In this document: positions 18,956 through 30,500 of the stretch, piece after piece
How the letters are laid out: the number at the start of each line of letters is the position of its first letter
How positions within the stretch are numbered: position 1 is the stretch's first letter
Source: Candidatus Cloacimonadales bacterium
Lineage (GTDB): Bacteria > Cloacimonadota > Cloacimonadia > Cloacimonadales > JAFGVF01
NCBI GenBank assembly: GCA_963677495.2
Contig: CAXXOU010000003.1
Location: forward strand, 256,001-320,000
Reading direction: 5' to 3'
Length of the DNA stretch: 64,000 bases
Translations under genes and position numbers: made by a program
Notes under the pieces: model-generated
Database searches by the model: none
What the model was told of the DNA's origin: nothing
The model's input: the letters and a program-made list of their open reading frames with translations, nothing else

Positions 18956-21900
18956 CTATTTCATTAGCATCATTTTCTTAGTCTGACTATAGTCACCTGA
19001 TGTCATTTTATAGAAATAAACACCACTTGCTACACTCTGACCTGATTCATCATCACCATTCCATACTACTGAATGTCTGCCTGCGTTAAAGTTAGCTTTA
19101 ACAACGCGAGACACTCTTTGACCAAGAAGGTTATATATATCAATTGTGACGTCAGAATTCTTCTGAAGGTCGAAGCTGATAGAAGTAGTTGGGTTGAATG
19201 GGTTAGGATAGTTACCACGAAGAGTTGTGGTTTCAGGGATTATTACCTGATCATTTGCATCAACTGTAGCACCATTATTAACAACCATAATATCATCAAA
19301 CAGAGCAAAGAAAGTCTGTTGTGATACAGTATGTATAGCAACTCTGATAACCTGTCCTGCATAATCATTTAACTGATAAGAATATTGTGTCCACTCACCA
19401 GGTAACTGGATTGGCTCATCACCGGAAATAACAGTGAAGTCATCCGGATCTGCACTTCCTGCTGAGATAGCCACTTCCACGAGTTCTGAGCCAAACTGTG
19501 TTGTGTAAGAACGAGCCATGAACTGCAAGGTAGCTTCTTCATCGCTTAACTGGATTTGAGGAGTCATTAACCAGTCATCATTAGCGTTTGTATCTGCTGC
19601 AAAACAAGCCGCATATTTACTACCGGTATAAGCATCAGCACCTTGAACAGGAGGAGTAGTTGCTAATGGATTGAAAACGATATAAGCCATAGGATTGTTT
19701 TCATTAGGGAAATCTATTCCATTATTGAAACCGTATGTATCTTCACCATCGTTATCAAGATTAACCATCAATCCCATCTCAGTTGAGAAATCATCATAGC
19801 TTTCAAAACCTTCAGCGATAACAGGAGCATCAACATGTACATGTGTTACTTGAATTGAACTACTTGGTTCAGATTCACCTGTAGGAGCACGATAAAGGGC
19901 AGTAATTTTGTATTGGTAAGTTGTACCCACTACAACATCAGTATCGAGGAAGAACTCACCTGAAACAGCTTCTGTGTTAACAACAACATCATCTCTATAT
20001 ACATTGTATCCAACAATGTCACGTGAATCAGCAGTTGGAGCAAGCCAACTAAGTTCAACACCTTGATAAGTGATGTTATGTGTTAATCCGGTTGGAGGTG
20101 TAAGTCCGGCAGGAGGTACAGGATTATCAGTTGAAAGCCATAAAGCATAATCACCTGTAGTCCAACGCATGTTTCTAGCTTCATCAGCTGCAGGAGAATT
20201 ATCTGCTCTTGCAATTCTTACATAATAGAAACCTGAAGCATCAGCAGGGATATCATATGTGATAGCAGGATTAACACCATCAGTATGCTCATTATCACCG
20301 AATGCAACAGATGTAGCTTCATCTATAGTTACGTTTATATCATCGTATGGTCCGTAAACAAACGCAGCTAAATCAATGTTTGAATCATAGATATTCTCAG
20401 TATGCAACTGGATTTGAGCAGGAGCTTCTTGCCAGAAAACATACCAGTCAATATCAGTTTCAGGTTGGATAATAGCTTCCATTCCTTCGATGTTGCCATC
20501 ATATAGAGCAATCTCAGTTGCATCAGAAGAAGCATCATTATCATCAGCTAAGAAACCATAACCGTGAAGAGGTATTTCATATACATTTCTTTCTTCTACA
20601 GTATAATCATCTTCAATTGTAAGTACAGCGTTTTTGTGACCAATAGTAGTTGGGTTGAACTGAACGCTAATTATAGCTTCACTACCTGATGCAATTGTTA
20701 AAGGATATGTATTATTATCTGTTAAAGCGAACTGATCTGCATTATCACCTGAAACAGCAGGTGCAGATGCAAGAACTATATCGTCAGTAGTGAAGTTACG
20801 TAATCTAACTTCTGTATCAACAGAGTTTTCATCTACAGTAACAATATCAAAATCTATTTCTGATGGTAAGTAGAGACCATCACCTGCATCGGAAAGTTCA
20901 GATGTTGTTGTTGCAAATGCAATAGCCATATCATCTTCTAAAGGACCGCCAACACCATCTTTTCTGTATTGAACACCAACTGTACCGGCTGCGTTTTCAA
21001 TACCGATTACAGCATCACCAAGGATTGATGAAGAACCTGTATCTCCACCAGGATTAGTGTAGTTTCTGTATTGAATTTTAATCTTACCGGTTGGATAAAG
21101 AATGAGCTGTGCATCAATATATTCGTCACTATCACCGAAATCATTCCACATCTCCACTGTATAAACAAAGTTACCCATCTCATCAGCACCATAGTAGCAG
21201 TTTGATGGAACGTTAGTGGTATGCAAATCCATTGCAACCATAGCTATAATATTGTTTGGATTGCCATCATTAGGAATACTCATGCTACCACCTGTGATTG
21301 TTGAAGTAGTTCCAAATGTTGCATATCCGTTTGTTCCTAAATGAATCTGATCATAATCTACACCAAAGTAGTTGAATGTGAAGCCTAAATCAACAGTAGC
21401 AAAACCATCATCTTCACTAGAATAAGTAACTGTTTGGCCTGTAGTTGAAATATCAATCCATTCAAAGATAGGTTGAGAACCAAGTCCATTACCATTATCA
21501 GTACTATTAGCAAAGTAATAGCCACCATAGAGGTTACCGTCACCTCCGAAGTTTGGATCAGACATTACTGTGAATGACCAAACAGGACAATCAGTAGCAT
21601 CACCGGCAAAGTTATATGGAACAACCTGCCAGTAATATGTAGCTTCATAAGTTAAAGCAGTAGTTACGGTATATGATGTCACATCACCTAAGTCATCACC
21701 ATTAATAATATCTGTTGGTGGGTTATCAGAACCAAGATAGAGTTTGTACCCTTCAGGATAGTTTCCACCATCTTCCCAAGAGAGTTCAGGTGTATCTAAA
21801 ACTGAGATTGCTCCATCAGTTGGCTCATCAATATTAGCTGGATTTGGCACTTCATTAAATGTAGTAAATGACCAAACAGGACAGTTCTCAGCACTTCCAT

Positions 21901-24541
21901 TTACATTGTAAGGTACAACTTGCCAGTAATAGTCTACTCCATGCTGAAGGTCGCTATATGCTAATTCAAGAGCGTCAACATCTTCCGCATTGTAAACATC
22001 TGTTGGTGGGTTATCTGTTCCGAGTGAAACATAGTAACCTGATGCACCCATTGCAGTATTCCATTCTAACGTACCATCTGAAAGGATGCCGGTTGCTGTA
22101 TCTACAGGTGCTACTAATGTAGTAGGTGCAGGCACAGTTGAATTATCATAGATGGAAATATCGTCGATACAGATGTCACCATAGAAACTATCAGATTCCA
22201 TCGCACGGAAATCAAACGATACGTTCTGACCAGCAAAATCTGCTAAAGCAACTTCCACATAAGCCCATCCTGTTGCACCATCTGCATCAGTTATAACTAC
22301 CACATCTGTTGTAGTTTCTGTACCAATCAGTGCATCAATATGCAGTTCTGATGTATTATCATTATCACCAATCCAGTAGTTAAACGTAAGAACGGGATTA
22401 GTTAAATCAGTAAGATTGAATACAGGTGTGTAAAGATGTGAAGGAATAGTATCAGGACTTGAGTCATCAACACCCATGTAGTAACCACCATTTCCGGTTG
22501 CTTCGTTATCTGCTCCATGATCATCAAGCTGAGTCTGGTAAAGTTCCCAACTGTCACCACTAACAACCGGATCCACAACCCAACCCATTGGTAAAGCGTC
22601 AGTATCGAAGCTCTGTGTATATGGGAATGAACTGATAGTAGCATTGAAGCCTTCACCTGTAAGGGTGATTTGATGTGTTTGTCTTAAATCATCAGTGACT
22701 GTAATAACACCGGAAATAGCACCTTCTGTTGTTGGGTTGAAAACAACTTCAAGTGACATGTTTTCTGCACTACCAAGAGTGTTAGGATAAGTGTTTGCAT
22801 CGTTTAAAGTAAAATTCACATCATCATCTACAACAACAGATTGGATATTCATAGCACTTCCACCTGTATTCATAAGAGAAATGTTAACAGGTGCTGTTGC
22901 AGTATCCATGAATACTGTTCCAAACTCTATAGATTCAGGATTAATAGTTAACTCAGCTTGAGCTGCAATATCACCGAATGTTAATCTTGTATTTGGCACG
23001 TATGCCTTCAATGTACCTGTTGGAGGTGCATTCGGATCGGGATTGTTTGAATCGTTTCTTGCGACAATACTTCTGTCTCCGGTTACATCAGTTGCATAGA
23101 AATCATCTGAACCTGAAGCATACTCAGGTTGGTTCTCTTCGACAGCAACAACCAAGTTATCAGTGTTATTGTAAACAAACGGAGTAGTAAGCGTGAACTC
23201 TACCCAACCATCAGTTCCGATAGTTGGTAAGGGACCGTTATATACTTCTGTAAATTGATCAATTGGTAACCAAGAAGTAGTTGAACTATATTCTGTCTCA
23301 GAAGTATGAGCCATATAGATAACCCATTCATTATTGTTAACCATTGCTGAGTGTTGATTATAAAGATATGAAATCTTCTCGACTCTACGTCCTGTTACAT
23401 CAATCTCAGATTGAAGATAGATTGTTTGTGAATATGTATAACCAAAGAAAGGATCAATAGGAAGACCTTGATTGAGATAACGGTCGTTACCTATAGCAAC
23501 GCCATCCGCTCCTAAGAAAGTATCAAAGTACATCTCATCTTCTGTATGTCTGATTGATTGTGAATTCTTAGATACAACCTTCCAGTAATATGTCACTCCT
23601 TCAACCATAGAAGTTGGAGTGTAAGAACCTTGTCCTGACACAACACCATCAGTAATAACTTGAGTAACCGGTGGAGTTACAGTATCAAAGAAAAGGTCAT
23701 AGGTTTCAGCATTATCAGCAAAATCCCAAGTTAGTACCTGATCTAAAGCAACGTTATATGCTGCATCTTCAGGAGTTGGGTTCGTAATATGCCCTGTTGA
23801 AAGGTCTTCAGTTGTAAAGCTTAAACTTGACTCAGAACTGTTGGGACTTGTTGAGTTATGGCAAACAACTTTCCAATAATATGTTGTAAACTCAATCAGA
23901 GCAGTATCAGGGGTATAAGAACCGGAAACATCAGCTACACCATCTGTAACAACTTGGTTAACCGGAGGGTTTACTGTATCAAAATAAAGGTCATAAGTCT
24001 CAGTGTTTGCTCCGAAATCCCATGTAAGTGTTGGATTTATGGATACGTCAGATGAACCTGAAGCAGGTACAGCATTTGTAATCATAGTAGGTGCTGATTC
24101 ATCATTAATGCTACCTGTCTGATCAGCAGATACATTCAAAGTATAGGTTGAACCTGTTGTTCCGGTTCCATACTCATCTACACAGATGTAGATAGTAGAG
24201 CCTGCAGCTAAATCCATTATTACCTGAGAATCTCCACCACCGGCAGGACCATCATCGTCAAACTGCAATACGTTAAGATCTGTGTCATAAATGTAAAGAT
24301 AGCCATCCCAACCGTCATATACAGGATGTATATCTAAATTTGTTAAACTAATTGTGGTTGTTAATACCCACCATTCATCTTCTCCTCTCAAGCCATTACC
24401 ATCTGTGTCATCAGATACATCACCTGTATCTGTGAATGGTAAGGTTGCTATTTGAGGAGCTCCGTCCTGGGTATCTGCACCATCTGCAAAAAGACTCATA
24501 GTACATAGTAATACTATAAGAACTAATACCATTTTTCTCAT
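18956..24541 (-). CDS. Giant multidomain adhesin-like secreted protein C
   Basis: AAGGAG RBS. N-terminus shared with A, middle GG.DG.LYGGYYF domain shared with B, then cleaved-adhesin domain and CTD. Confidence 0.85.
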   Translation of the reverse strand: MRKMVLVLIVLLCTMSLFADGADTQDGAPQIATLPFTDTGDVSDDTDGNGLRGEDEWWVLTTTISLTNLDIHPVYDGWDGYLYIYDTDLNVLQFDDDGPAGGGDSQVIMDLAAGSTIYICVDEYGTGTTGSTYTLNVSADQTGSINDESAPTMITNAVPASGSSDVSINPTLTWDFGANTETYDLYFDTVNPPVNQVVTDGVADVSGSYTPDTALIEFTTYYWKVVCHNSTSPNSSESSLSFTTEDLSTGHITNPTPEDAAYNVALDQVLTWDFADNAETYDLFFDTVTPPVTQVITDGVVSGQGSYTPTSMVEGVTYYWKVVSKNSQSIRHTEDEMYFDTFLGADGVAIGNDRYLNQGLPIDPFFGYTYSQTIYLQSEIDVTGRRVEKISYLYNQHSAMVNNNEWVIYMAHTSETEYSSTTSWLPIDQFTEVYNGPLPTIGTDGWVEFTLTTPFVYNNTDNLVVAVEENQPEYASGSDDFYATDVTGDRSIVARNDSNNPDPNAPPTGTLKAYVPNTRLTFGDIAAQAELTINPESIEFGTVFMDTATAPVNISLMNTGGSAMNIQSVVVDDDVNFTLNDANTYPNTLGSAENMSLEVVFNPTTEGAISGVITVTDDLRQTHQITLTGEGFNATISSFPYTQSFDTDALPMGWVVDPVVSGDSWELYQTQLDDHGADNEATGNGGYYMGVDDSSPDTIPSHLYTPVFNLTDLTNPVLTFNYWIGDNDNTSELHIDALIGTETTTDVVVITDADGATGWAYVEVALADFAGQNVSFDFRAMESDSFYGDICIDDISIYDNSTVPAPTTLVAPVDTATGILSDGTLEWNTAMGASGYYVSLGTDNPPTDVYNAEDVDALELAYSDLQHGVDYYWQVVPYNVNGSAENCPVWSFTTFNEVPNPANIDEPTDGAISVLDTPELSWEDGGNYPEGYKLYLGSDNPPTDIINGDDLGDVTSYTVTTALTYEATYYWQVVPYNFAGDATDCPVWSFTVMSDPNFGGDGNLYGGYYFANSTDNGNGLGSQPIFEWIDISTTGQTVTYSSEDDGFATVDLGFTFNYFGVDYDQIHLGTNGYATFGTTSTITGGSMSIPNDGNPNNIIAMVAMDLHTTNVPSNCYYGADEMGNFVYTVEMWNDFGDSDEYIDAQLILYPTGKIKIQYRNYTNPGGDTGSSSILGDAVIGIENAAGTVGVQYRKDGVGGPLEDDMAIAFATTTSELSDAGDGLYLPSEIDFDIVTVDENSVDTEVRLRNFTTDDIVLASAPAVSGDNADQFALTDNNTYPLTIASGSEAIISVQFNPTTIGHKNAVLTIEDDYTVEERNVYEIPLHGYGFLADDNDASSDATEIALYDGNIEGMEAIIQPETDIDWYVFWQEAPAQIQLHTENIYDSNIDLAAFVYGPYDDINVTIDEATSVAFGDNEHTDGVNPAITYDIPADASGFYYVRIARADNSPAADEARNMRWTTGDYALWLSTDNPVPPAGLTPPTGLTHNITYQGVELSWLAPTADSRDIVGYNVYRDDVVVNTEAVSGEFFLDTDVVVGTTYQYKITALYRAPTGESEPSSSIQVTHVHVDAPVIAEGFESYDDFSTEMGLMVNLDNDGEDTYGFNNGIDFPNENNPMAYIVFNPLATTPPVQGADAYTGSKYAACFAADTNANDDWLMTPQIQLSDEEATLQFMARSYTTQFGSELVEVAISAGSADPDDFTVISGDEPIQLPGEWTQYSYQLNDYAGQVIRVAIHTVSQQTFFALFDDIMVVNNGATVDANDQVIIPETTTLRGNYPNPFNPTTSISFDLQKNSDVTIDIYNLLGQRVSRVVKANFNAGRHSVVWNGDDESGQSVASGVYFYKMTSGDYSQTKKMMLMK

Positions 24542-24994
24542 AATGATCTCCTTATTATTCTAAACTAACCATTTTTTTTTGGGGGGGGATAGAGGAATTG
24601 TATATGCGTAATAATCCTATAACTACCATATAGATATTTTTTAAGAGGATAACACTTCGGCGTTATCCTCTTTATATGTACAACAATCTCTCTGTGGGGA
24701 AGCTTGTAAATTGAATGTAAACTTGTTTACTACGTGTCAACGTAGTTTACAAAATCAACCTCAAAATCAAGTGGATCTCCCTAACTATCAAGGATTCGAC
24801 CTACCAAAATCGAACCTTGCACTATATTAATACAATTATCGTTCCAATTATCACTACTTCTATGGAAATATTTTTATCTACTTGTTAATGTATAATGGCT
24901 AAGACTTGATATGTAATAACTTACCCGAAGAAGATGAGAAATAATTATAAACAAAAAAAGACTTAGGAGTTTGTGATTCAAGCCTAATCTTGGA

Positions 24995-25891
24995 TTATAT
25001 CTGCTCCTTATCTCTGTTCAACCACTTCTTAAGGATATTTGTTTTCTTCTCCCCGAAGACTTCCGGTCGTTTGAATAGGTCCATAGAACCTTTGACAATG
25101 CTCTTTGTGGTGTCGATGATAGTCTTGGTTCCAGGGAAGAGGTCACGGTCACGATCTATGTAAATCATTTTACAGTAGTTTTCTGTGATAAGCGCAACTC
25201 GGGTCAAGAGAACTGCATTCACAAATCCATCAGTTAATGATGCTGAAACTACATTGACGAAAGGAATGCTTTTTATAGTATCAGAGCCAAGCTTAGTCAT
25301 GAGCTCGTTTACCGCATATTCAACCCCTTCAGAACCTCCGATGGCAACTGAAAGATAAACTTTGCGTAGAATCACAAAAAGGTAGCGATTACTAACTCTT
25401 CCATTATAAGTAGAGAATATATCCTTGATCATGTTAACGGACGCAGAGAGTATCAAAACTGCATCAAGGAAACCATTTTGTGACACACTGGTACTAATGA
25501 AAAGCTGAGAAACATATCGCTTTCTAATCTCATTCAGACTAGGTTGGATTTTTGTGAGAAGATACTTATATTCTTCATCAGGTTCTGAGCGAGGTTCCAG
25601 CTCAACATCCCGAGCAGTAAGAAGTAATCTTAGATGTTTATTTCGCCTTTCCATGCTTTTCTGTATCTGAGTTTGTTTATCCACAGGAGAGAAGATTGCT
25701 CTAAATGTAAACATTCTAATCATTGGCAATATCACGAACCAGATTAGGACAAATGCTAGCACTCCAATCATACTATATGCAAAGTATTCGTTTATGTTAA
25801 GTAGAGCTGAGTACAGCATTACTGCTTCCTTCACTATCAGATAAACAAAAAATAGTGAAGCAATCCACAAAATTCGTTTCAATGTTTTCAT
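24995..25891 (-). CDS. YcjF/DUF697-like membrane protein
   Basis: Two N-terminal transmembrane segments, ST.VSQNG.LD and DG.VNA.L..RV motifs. Confidence 0.7.
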   Translation of the reverse strand: MKTLKRILWIASLFFVYLIVKEAVMLYSALLNINEYFAYSMIGVLAFVLIWFVILPMIRMFTFRAIFSPVDKQTQIQKSMERRNKHLRLLLTARDVELEPRSEPDEEYKYLLTKIQPSLNEIRKRYVSQLFISTSVSQNGFLDAVLILSASVNMIKDIFSTYNGRVSNRYLFVILRKVYLSVAIGGSEGVEYAVNELMTKLGSDTIKSIPFVNVVSASLTDGFVNAVLLTRVALITENYCKMIYIDRDRDLFPGTKTIIDTTKSIVKGSMDLFKRPEVFGEKKTNILKKWLNRDKEQI

Positions 25892-26115
25892 GATAACCTC
25901 GTTACATATACTGTATTAGGTTTGTACCAGTGATGAACAAGAATATAAACCTATCTTTATAATTAGGCTACCCTTTCTATGTTCATGGTAATCAGTCCCA
26001 AACTGTTTAAGAATCATATCGTTATTGTTATATCAGTTTTTTATTTAGTCAAGTTTTAATGATATCACGCTGATCTTTAGTGAACTTAACCAACAGTTAA
26101 TGGGATTGCATGATA

Positions 26116-27306
26116 CTATTTCATCAAAACCATTTTTTCAGATATAAAGTCACTTCCAATACTTAGTTTGTAGAAGTAAACGCCACTTGGAAGACTACAT
26201 TTTTTGCTATCCTTCCCGTCCCATACAACTGAGTGAGTACCAGCTGGGAATATTCTATCAAACAATCTACGTACATGTCTTCCTTTTAAACTGTAAATAT
26301 CTAGAGTAGCTGTACCTTTTTTATTTGATGTAAAGCTAATCGTGGTAGTTGGATTAAAGGGGTTAGGGTAATTTTTGAGTTCTAGGTAGGCTAATTCTGT
26401 GTTATTCTCATCAACAGCTGTAGTATTATGCAATTTCAAAGCAACTGGATAGTGGTCAGATACAAATGTATCATACGCAGTGAAACCTCCAGCCATATAG
26501 TCCCCTACTCTAATAGTTTGAATAACTGAATTATCTGCAATAAACTCTTCAAACAACTCATTAGTAATAAAAATATGATCTATATGTGATGGATACCCCG
26601 GATACGACCATCCATTAGAAGGGCCATTAGCAATATCTAAATCAGCAAACAGGAAGTTCTCTGTATCATCTAATACTTCCTGAAACACATTGTTTGGATA
26701 GTTATCAGTGATTACATCATTCATGTCCCCAAGTACAATCACCTTCTCGTTAGGTAGTGCAGTTTCAATATATTGCCTTAGATAATTGCAAGCATCATAT
26801 CTACGCATCTCCTCATCCCACGGGTCACTGTAGTTGATTGTTCCATCACCAAATGCTTTAAAATGATTATTGATTACATAGTACGACTCTCCATTGTAGG
26901 TTATATCCATAACCATAGGTGAACGCGGAAAAGGACGCCAATATGGTTCTGTTGTATATATCTCAAAGATATTATTCACAATTATTGCATCTGTTTTATA
27001 GACATAAGCAAGTCCTGCAAACCAACGGGAATAGAAGTAGTATTCATAGTTATCAATTCCATCTACCATCTGTTTAAATGCAGTAGTATCGCTGACTTCT
27101 TGAATCGCATAAATATCGAGATCAAGGCTCTGTATTATCGTTGCAACAGAGTCCATTGTCGCACTACCACATTTGGGGAACCACTCTATGTTCCAAGTCA
27201 TAATTTCTAATGCAGTATCCTCACCAAAACTCATGTCCCCTAAACTATAAGCAAACAATCCGCTTAAAACAATCAATGCAATCAGCATCAGCAATATCTT
27301 CTTCAT
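26116..27306 (-). CDS. Secreted endonuclease/exonuclease/phosphatase (DNase I-like EEP) with CTD
   Basis: TWNIEWF, AIQE, NHFKA, GDMND, IDHI and SDHYPV catalytic motifs. Signal peptide from ATG 27306. CTD present. Confidence 0.9.
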   Translation of the reverse strand: MKKILLMLIALIVLSGLFAYSLGDMSFGEDTALEIMTWNIEWFPKCGSATMDSVATIIQSLDLDIYAIQEVSDTTAFKQMVDGIDNYEYYFYSRWFAGLAYVYKTDAIIVNNIFEIYTTEPYWRPFPRSPMVMDITYNGESYYVINNHFKAFGDGTINYSDPWDEEMRRYDACNYLRQYIETALPNEKVIVLGDMNDVITDNYPNNVFQEVLDDTENFLFADLDIANGPSNGWSYPGYPSHIDHIFITNELFEEFIADNSVIQTIRVGDYMAGGFTAYDTFVSDHYPVALKLHNTTAVDENNTELAYLELKNYPNPFNPTTTISFTSNKKGTATLDIYSLKGRHVRRLFDRIFPAGTHSVVWDGKDSKKCSLPSGVYFYKLSIGSDFISEKMVLMK

Positions 27307-27567
27307 ATTATTCCTTTTCCAATTGACTTGGTAACCCTTCATTTTTTTACTTCCATTAATTATGTCAAGGTACACTCACATTTACAAGTGCAAATTTTAT
27401 CACTCTTTCACCATAAACAAGTAACACAATGTTTGTTTGTACTTCTTATTCCTCATGTAAAACCGTTGTATACTCACAAAGTTGCCCAGTTAAAAGATTA
27501 TGGCTTACTAATTGCATATGTGTAGTTCTGTTATGTAGTTACAAATTAGGATCTATTTATTTAGGAG

Positions 27568-30500
27568 ATGACTATGACTTTTTTGAAGGGATTTTTTGTA
27601 TTTCTATTCATCTGCACAGCATTTGTGCTTTGTGCTGTTAACGAAGTTGAACCAAACAACGCATACAATGACTTTGGAGTTCAAACAATCATCGATGGTG
27701 ACCATACGGGAACTGTTAATCCCGGTGAGTTAGACTTTTGGAAATTCTGGTCTGTTTCGGGAGATTTTGTAACAATTAGTTGCGTTAATAACCAGACAAA
27801 TTTCGATTCATATTTATATTTATACGACACTTCAGGGATAAATCAATTAGCTTCTAATGATGATGCAAATGGTACTGTACAATCTGAGATTCAATATCAG
27901 ATGACTACAACAGGATATCATTATTTCGCTATGGCAGGATTCGGACAATCTTCCGGTAATTATTTAGTTTCTCTATCAGGTTCTTCTCCCAACGATCCTG
28001 ACATGCCGGGAGATCTACTTAACCCAAGCCCTTATGATGGAGCTCTCAACCTTGACCCTAGCAACATAACTCTCTCATGGGATTTTGGAGCTAACACAGA
28101 AACTTACGACCTGTATATAGGTACTGTGGCCAATCCAAATATTCTCGTCTTACAAGATGAGCCGGCAGGGCTAACTGCAAGCTATACTCCAACTAACTTG
28201 CAACTTGATACTCTGTATCTTTGGCGAGTTGTTGCAAAAAACTCAATTAGTCAATATGATAATGAGGTAACATGGAGTTTCCGTACCCAAACAGCAGCAA
28301 ATATTGTACAAGTCGGTGACGATGACAATATGCAAACTACCGATCTTCCCATTGTTTCCTACGGTTACAGCTCATTCACTCAAACTATTTATACATCTGA
28401 TGAGTTAGGAGATCCCGGTTTAGTAGCTGCAATTGGCTATCAATATTCCGGGAATATGGGTATGACCAACTGTGAAGATTGGACTATCTATATTGGACAC
28501 ACAACAGTCAATGGTTATACTAGTGAGAGTAGTTGGATACCTGTAAATACCTTGCAGGAAGTATTTTCCGGTGTTGTATCTCCAACTACTAATGAAGGTT
28601 GGGTCACTATTGACCTTGATAATGCTTTCTTCTATAATGGAGTAGACAATCTGGTAGTTAGTGTATATGAGGACACACCCGGATCAGGCCAAGCTCAAGA
28701 TCGTTTCTATAAAAGCGACAGCAATATGACTAAATCAATGGTAAAAGTTTCTGTTTCTGAACCAATGTTAGACCCGTTTAATCTTGGTAGTGCTGATTAC
28801 TACCAAACCTTCTTCCCTAATACAAGATTTACTATTAACAGGGACATCGCCGGAGCCTATGTCTTAGCTTTCCCATTCGAACATGATTGGGGACTGGTTG
28901 ACGTTGGAACCACAACACAAGCCGAAACAGTTACGATCACAAACTATGGGGAAACAACAGCAACTATTAACAACCCTCCAACTCTTTTAGGTGATTTTGT
29001 CGATCAATTTACACTAACTGACAGCAATGTTTACCCTATAGCATTAGAAACTCTTGACTCAATAACATTAGATGTGTGCTTCAACCCTACTTCCGGAGGT
29101 TATAAAAGCACCGAATTATCACTTTCTCATGATTGGCAGGGAAGCACTGAAATCATTGTTCCTTTCCAAGGTAGAGGTTTAGTTTATGATTCGAATAACA
29201 CTCCTTCAAATGCTACTGAGTTGCAATTAGTCGTAGAGGATATGCTTTGTGCTATCGAACCTGCAGGAGATATTGACTTCTATTCTTTCTTCCAGACAGC
29301 TCCTGCTGAAATTTCAATATTCACTGAAGCAAACGACTTTAGTGGTATTAATCCGGAGATGTATCTATATGGGCCTTTTAATAGCATTCCCAATAGTGTT
29401 ACAGCTGAAGATTGTATAATGGCATGTGATGATTTTAATGGTTCTTTACATCCAAGAATAGACATGAATATTAATGATAGTGGTTTTTATATTGTAAGAA
29501 TTGCCAGTTACGATAACTTCCCTGACTCGAGGACATCTCATATTGGTGAATATTTACTGACTGTTTTAAGCGACAATATACAACCACCGGGTTATCTTGA
29601 ACCTCCAACAAACATAACAGCTATGAATCAAACTGATTGCATACAGCTTAATTGGGAGTTACCTCTTAACGGAAATCCTAGCGGATATTATGTGTTTAGA
29701 GATGGGGTAAGGCTCAACAATGATCTGATCACTACTTTGAGTTATTCTGACTACAACGTTAATAATAATGTTGAGTATGAGTATTATCTAACAGCCTTCT
29801 ATAACAGTTACTATGCTGAATCCATCCCAAGTGATACTCTTGCAGTAACATTTATCCCGGGTGGTGCAGGCTATCTATCAGATAATTTCGAAGGGTATGA
29901 GAACTTCCTGCTGCAGTTTGGCAACTGGATTACTGTCGATGGTGATGGTGAAAATACCTTAGGATTTACAAATGGTGTAGATTTTGCCTCAGAAGAACAA
30001 CCTATGGCATTCACTGTCTTTAATCAGTTAGCTACAACTCCACCTATCAGCTTTGCCCCAGCTTATTCAGGAGATAAAGCCCTAGCCTCTTTCGCTCCTC
30101 AAAACGGTGCAAGAAATGATTGGCTTATCTCTGAAGAGATTGCACTCTCTGATACTTCTGCCTTTGTTTCATTTTACGGACGCACAGTTTTCCCACAATA
30201 TGGTGCTGAGCAATTCAAAGCCTATGTTATTACAGATTACACTAATCCAGATAACCCTATTATGGATTGTATAAGTGGTAACACTTCAATAGAACTTCCT
30301 GCTGATTGGTGTTATTACGGTTTTGATCTTGATGAATATTTAGGTCAGAATATTCGTATAGCTCTCCTTTTAAACACTGAGTCTGGGTTCATGGCTATGC
30401 TTGATGACTTCCGAGTAACTGTTGAAGGTGTCGCAACCGAAACAGTGGAAGCTGTGCAATCTACATCGATTGTAAAGAATCTATCTAGTTATCCAAATCC

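Noticed and set aside
13431..19220. Diversity-generating retroelement TR/VR pair
   Set aside because: Both copies are coding CTD ends with a shared terminator, the differences are not confined to adenines, and there is no reverse transcriptase in the window.
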